Shown here: piece after piece, positions 59,204 to 64,000 of the stretch
How positions within the stretch are numbered: the first letter of the stretch is position 1
How the letters are laid out: each line of letters opens with the position of its first letter
Assembly: GCF_016432865.1 (NCBI RefSeq)
Contig: NC_067398.1
Location: 3,038,001 to 3,102,000, forward strand
Reading direction: 5' to 3'
Length of the DNA: 64,000 nt
From: Antechinus flavipes
Taxonomy: Eukaryota
Made by a program: the position numbers and the translations under genes
The notes under the pieces: generated by a model
Told to the model about the DNA's origin: nothing
Seen by the model: the letters and a program-made list of their open reading frames with translations, nothing else
Database searches by the model: none

Positions 59204-59351
59204 GCAGGTGCGGGAGACCGGGGCGGGGGCGGGGATCCCCCATCCCACAGCCAAGCTCCACATTCGGCCCCTCCTCCCCCCCACGGTCATGCGGCTGGCC
59301 CGTGCGCTCGGCGTCCCCACCGTCACATCATCCATTTCCTTTCTGCCGTAG
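59204..59351 (+). other. NOL8: GC-AG intron (148 nt)
   Basis: Only the GC at 59204 gives phase 0 into GAC TGG GTC. The GT at 59208 is out of frame. Confidence 0.85.
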
Positions 59352-59420
59352 GACTGGGTCGTGAGCAAGTTTGGTAGAGTCCTGCCCGTCCTTCACCTGA
59401 GGAGCCAGAACCGGCGTAAG
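59352..59420 (+). CDS. NOL8: NOL8 coding exon 5
   Basis: ccgtAG|GAC TGG...CGT AAG|ATATCCTTT, 69 nt. Encodes DWVVSKFGRVLPVLHLRSQNRRK. Confidence 0.92.
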
Positions 59421-60270
59421 ATATCCTTTCCCCTGGTCCTCCGCCTTTATGCTCGGTCCCCCAGCATCCGTGTGGCCCCGCGGGCTCCCCGTATGTGCTT
59501 GCTCAGCCGCGGCTGTGGAAGAAGCCTCAGGCCGTGGGAACCTGACAGTCGGGATCGAAGGCTGCGGCCGAGCCCGGTTTGTTTACAGAGGGCTCCCTGG
59601 CCCCAGAGCCAGACGCGGAGGCCCAAGCCCTGGCTCTCTCCCACGCACGCATTTCCTTGGTCCCCAGGGTTTGGCCACCTTCCGACAGTTTGACTGATGG
59701 AAGCCCTCGGGGCTTAAGCCTGCTGGGAAGCCCACGTGCCCTCATAGGTTTCATGGAGTCAGCGTTAACTTAGGCAGGTGATTAAGGGACGTAGGCTGGA
59801 TTTAGGGAAGGGGCCCGTTCCCTGGAAAGACTAGCAGCATCCTTGGCTCGCATTGAAACACCACGGATAAGCTAGGAACTGCATTGGGGGATTCACCCCA
59901 TTGGCTGCCCCTGCATGGTCAGCAGTCTCGTGGGACCCGGTCCTGATGGTGGGCCGTCTTGAGTGGGAACGTTCCCTTGGGAACTCCGAAGGGGCCACCT
60001 GGGGCTCCTGGGTTCTGAGTCACCCTCACCCAACCCAGAGTGGTTGCCGCTAACTAACGATGTAGCGTGAGCTTTGACACGTGCAGAGGGTAAAATGTTA
60101 GAAATGTAGAGGTACAAAGACTCCCAGAGATCACCTTGCTTAAATTACTCGCTTTCCAGAGGAGTAAACTGAAGGCCCCAGAAGCCCGGCTCAGGGTCCT
60201 CTTTCTGGTTTTGCAGAATGTTTGTTTTTCTGTTAAACGACTTTTGTTTCCTACCTTAACTTTTCCTAAC
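59421..60270 (+). other. NOL8: U12-type (minor spliceosome) AT-AC intron, 850 nt
   Basis: 5' ATATCCTTT, branch site TACCTTAAC 60252-60260, 3' AC at 60269-60270. Splicing restores RRK|ILKYDPSKYCHNLKK (human KRK|IIKYDPSKYCHNLKK). Confidence 0.92.
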
Positions 60271-62046
60271 ATCTTAAAATACGATCCATCAAAATATTGC
60301 CACAACCTAAAGAAGTTTGAGCAAGACGTCACAAAAACCGTCTCCGTTTCTGACCTCACTTGGAAATTGGAAGGGGGAGATGATGTGATGAGTAAGAAGC
60401 GACAAGGGCAGTTCCCTGCCTTCAGAAGCCATCCAGTGAAGAGAGCAAAGGTGGAGGGCAGTCCCTTCCCCTCCTCCCGAGCCGCGGGACGTCCTGAGCC
60501 GCCATCTGCAGCCCACCCAAACACGGCGCGTCCCCAGCCAGCTGCCTCCCAGAAGGCCCCGAAGCCAGAAGCGGGCCCCCTTCGCTCTTCAAAGTCACTC
60601 AGCGTCCGAAGCAGAAACGCCACGTCTGATGACGACGTTGATTCTGAAGAAGAATTGAAAGCCATGATAGCAGAAGAGAAATCCCGAAGGCCTGCCCTCC
60701 CCGAGACAAACGGCACTGAAAGGGATTCCTTTGAAGTGGTCAGCAGTGACTTCAAGCCAAACCCCCCCAGAGCGGGGGGGACACCCAGAAGACCCCAGGC
60801 CCCTCGCTCAGACAGCCCCGCTCAGCTTGCCGAAGACGACCAGGAGTACGACTCGGGGGACACAGACGAAATCATTGCCTGCGGGAAAAACGGCGACCAG
60901 AGCAAAGACGAGCCAAAAATGTCACCAAAAGAGAAACCCAAAGCAAAAGCGAAGGCCGCTGTGAGAAACGGAACAAATTGTGCCCGTGCTACCCGTGGGA
61001 TTAACAAAAGGGAGTCAGCCGATTGTACAAAGCACGTCACTAAGAAGCCGGGGGGCGCGCCCCCCGGATCCGAGGATGGCGAGTCTGAGGAGGATCTGGA
61101 CTACGAAGCCATGATGACTAACTGCTATCGCCTGGACCTCACCTTGACCGACTTGGAAAAGCTGGCAACCGAAGCTGCCGAGGGCCCTGGGGGGAGCGTC
61201 CGACGGACTAAGCGGGCGCTCCCCGAGGGAGAGGGTGCCGGTTCTGGCCAGAAGACTAAGAAGGCTCCTAAAGGGGCTCGGTGCATCAATCCCAAGGACA
61301 TCCTGGCTTCCCTCTTAGAAGGGGAGGAGAAAACCAGGGACCAGAACCCACCGAAGGAAAGTATGCCGAAAGCCAAGTTTCAGGCTTTCAAAGGGGTGGG
61401 GGCGCTCTATGGCGGGGAGACACCAAAAAGGCCCTTTAGGAACGGTGGAATCGCCGCTCATGTAAAAGCACCCAATTCTCTGAAACAGGCAGCATCTCCC
61501 ATTGGTTCTCTGGGAAAACAAGCCTTTGATTTGAATACTCTTTCTGGTGATGAAATGTCTGCGTCCCAAGATGGGAGGGAAGCGGAGGAGGCAAACAGCC
61601 CTCCACATCATCCTAAAAAACCGCCAAGGAGGCGGGCAGCCACTGGAGAGCAGCTTGATGCTGGCCCCTCCCCCTCCCCTGGTTCTGCTTCTGGCCTGTC
61701 CCCGTTGGGCTCCAAGAAGCCCTCGAGGCTTTCTGCAGAAACTTGTAGGATGGACTCGAGAGGGCGTGGTGGCCTTGGCGCCTCGGCAGTGGGAGACCCC
61801 TGCCGGGAAAGCAGTGATCCCGTCACCCTCGGACCCCCGCCAGGGACGGCCTCTTCTCGTGTGCCAGAGAAGGACCCCCCGGGGACGGTCCAGAAGGAGC
61901 CGGAAGGTCCCCGTGATGCTCCTGCCGATGCCGTCGGCCCTCAGAAGCCCTCTCAGGATAACGAGAAGCGCTTGGCGGCCTTGGAGGAGAGGAAGAGAGC
62001 GCGGGAGCTGCAGAAGCGGTTGGTGCACAGCGCTCTCTCCGGCTTG
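60271..62046 (+). CDS. NOL8: NOL8 large coding exon 6
   Basis: 1776 nt open frame ending TTG|GTGAGT. Contains YDSGDTDEII, YEAMMTNCYRLDLTL, KFQAFKGVG and DNEKRLAALE, as in recalled human NOL8. Confidence 0.95.
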
Positions 62047-62313
62047 GTGAGTGTCTTCCTCGTGAGCCTGGGCAAAAGCTCGCTCCCCAAAAGCCCCCAC
62101 ACTTCCCTGAGGGGGTTGAAGCACATTGGCCAGCTGGGTTCTTGTCTACACTGGCCTTGCCACCAGGGGACCAGTGGTTTTCTTGGCTCGGTGTGGCTGA
62201 GTGCCAGCTAACGAGCGGATGCAGAGATGGTGCCCGCCGTCTGGGCGCGCTGGCTCTCGCTTACGGTCCGGATTCGGGGCTGTAATCTCGCTGCCTCTTT
62301 CCTTGCCTCCCAG

Positions 62314-62430
62314 GACGGCCGGCCAGTGAGCAAACCGACGCACATCCTGTTCAACTCCGACAGCGAAGAAGAGACGGACGTGAAAGGTGACGCCCATGAG
62401 AAGCCCCTTCCGGACAGTGGCGGCAAACGA
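62314..62430 (+). CDS. NOL8: NOL8 coding exon 7
   Basis: cccAG|GAC GGC...AAA CGA|GTAGGT, 117 nt. Encodes DGRPVSKPTHILFNSDSEEE. The donor was chosen by phase. Confidence 0.85.
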
Positions 62431-62865
62431 GTAGGTGGCGATGGTAGCTCCTTCCCAGGGCCGGCATGGCTGACGGGCCGGGGCGCCCGCTGCCCGGGCG
62501 GTTCTGTGGTCGGGCCCCCTTCTGCGGTCTGTGTGCTGCCCGGCCGGCTCTCTGCTGGCGTTGGAGGATCGCCTTCCTCCTTTGGGGAACCTCCCCTCCC
62601 AGCGAGGCTGCCCGCCTTCCCCGCGGCTCCCTGCCTCTCTGCACTGGACGACCTTGGGTCCTTCCTCTGACCCCTTCCAGACTGAACTCCGGGCCTTGAA
62701 GCCCAGAAACGAGTGCGGATCCCGCTTGTGCCCCTGCAGTTAATGTGGAGAATTCTCCGGGCCAGCTGGCTTGTGGTGGAGCTGTAGGGAGAGGGTTCTG
62801 GGACGTTATGACTTAGAGACCCTCCAGCTTTAGCGCAGCCGTAATCGCCGTTTGGGTTTTTTAAG

Positions 62866-62979
62866 GATTCTAAAGCCTCCGGGAGACTCTTTGAGAGCAG
62901 CGAGGACGAGGAGGAGACCGAGGAGGACCGAGCCCGCTTCCAAATTAAGCCCCAGTTTGAAGGCAAAGCTGGAAAGAAG
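62866..62979 (+). CDS. NOL8: NOL8 coding exon 8
   Basis: ttttaAG|GAT TCT...AAG AAG|GTTGGT, 114 nt. Encodes DSKASGRLFESSEDEEE...RFQIKPQFEGKAGKK. Confidence 0.92.
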
Positions 62980-63310
62980 GTTGGTGACGGGTGACCTGGG
63001 TGATTGGGCGGCGCTGCGGCTGCGCCGAGTCCTGCTGGGCGCACGGGGGAGCCGGACGCTTGGGATTCTCTCGGGTTTGGTAGGAAGGTGTGAGTGGGCT
63101 TAGGAGTTGTCTGGGCTGGAAATCCCAAAGCCCTGAATTCAAGTTCCGCCCAGGACAGGCTGGGTGACCCTGCGTAAGTCATGTGATCCCAGAGTCGCTC
63201 TTGCCGCTCTGAGGTCGAGGGATGGGCTGAGTTTTGTCACGTGGGAGTCCCAGGTCCAGTGCCCATCCCTGCCCCTCTGCATGGGGTTATTGTCTGTTTT
63301 CTTCGGACAG

Positions 63311-63401
63311 CTCATGAGTTTACAGTCCCACTTTGGCGCTGATGACCGGTTTCGAATGGACGCTCGCTTTCTGGAAAGTGAGAGTGAAGAGGAAGAGGAA
63401 G
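63311..63401 (+). CDS. NOL8: NOL8 coding exon 9 (gene continues beyond the window)
   Basis: ggacAG|CTC ATG...GAA G|GTGAGT, 91 nt. Encodes LMSLQSHFGADDRFRMDARFLESESEEEE. Confidence 0.94.
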
Positions 63402-63895
63402 GTGAGTTTTATCGTTCCGCGGTTTTCCCCGCTGACAACCAGACAACGAGATTCTTACTGGAGGAGCCTCGCTTCATCCCCACGCCCCATCCGGAGATTT
63501 AGGGCCCCTCTCCCTCCTACCTCTGTCACCTTCCTCCCTCTTCCTGTTTCTGCCGACTTGTTCCTTGGAAGAGAAATGGATGGAAGGAATGACAGTCTTT
63601 GAGGGAGTGGAGCCGTCTGGGCAGAGGGTCAGACAGGGCAGGGGGCAGGACTGGGACGCAATTTCCTTTTGAGACAGCCCCCAGTGAGTATCAGGAGGGA
63701 GACACAAACCCGGCTCAGCTCGGCCCTCATGGAGCATCTTAGACAAAGGTGTAGACGGGGGCGGGGCGTGCGGCCTCGGGGCTTTCCCCTGAAATGGTCT
63801 TTTTCTTTCTGTAAATAGTATTTGTTTCTTTCCTTATTACGTGCAAAGGTGTTTTTAAAATTAATTTATTTCTTATTTTTAAATTTAATACGTTA

Positions 63896-64000
63896 GCGCC
63901 ACTAGGTGGCGCAGTGGATAGAGCATCAGCCCTCAAGTCAGGAGGACCTGAGTTCACATTTGCCCTCAGGCACTTAACACTTCCAGGCTGTATAACTCTG
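63896..64000 (+). mobile_element. marsupial tRNA-derived CORE-SINE 5' end (WSINE1/MAR1-like), cut by the window edge
   Basis: ctaggtggcgcagtggatagagc (A box)...caggaggacctgagttcac (B box)...cacttaacacttcc. Confidence 0.85.

Noticed and set aside
60136-60270. N-terminal 45 aa of the 691-aa ORF as the NOL8 start
   Set aside because: This lies inside the AT-AC intron. The real exon starts at 60271 and NOL8 begins at 56427.
62047-62211. C-terminal tail of the 691-aa ORF (VSVFLVSLGK...)
   Set aside because: Read-through past the TTG|GTGAGT donor into the intron.
62208-63182. 324-aa minus-strand ORF
   Set aside because: Antisense to NOL8 exons 7-8 in GC-rich sequence, low complexity, no recognisable family.
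63896-64000. tRNA gene (A and B boxes present)
   Set aside because: No cloverleaf acceptor stem, and it continues into CORE-SINE sequence, so it is a tRNA-derived SINE.

Overview
Vertebrate genomic DNA, most likely a dasyurid-like marsupial (inferred from the CORE-SINE head at 63.9 kb and the L1 3' tails). It holds the conserved ASPN-OMD-OGN / CENPP / NOL8 locus. On the + strand are the last five coding exons of asporin (ASPN), complete osteomodulin (OMD), complete osteoglycin (OGN) and the first nine coding exons of NOL8. On the - strand are CENPP coding exons 1-5. CENPP is head-to-head with NOL8 across a CpG-island promoter, and the three SLRP genes lie antisense inside the CENPP intron that follows exon 5. 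I placed every exon boundary by hand from splice signals and reading phase. Gene identities rest on recalled similarity to human proteins, not on a database search. The most notable observations are: (1) a tandem array of five same-orientation CTCF motifs at 62/64-bp spacing between ASPN and OMD, apparently amplified from a SINE head and next to an orphan CpG island; (2) a 69-nt NOL8 exon flanked by a GC-AG intron and a U12-type AT-AC intron, plus an in-frame cryptic U2 acceptor that could bypass the minor intron; (3) an about 49-residue Q/R/E extension on CENP-P encoded by a CNG repeat; (4) an apparent 1-nt frameshift in the OMD acidic tail. There is also one assembly gap (46079-46356), many VNTRs and microsatellites, and L1, L2, L3, MIR, RTE-like and hAT-like relics.
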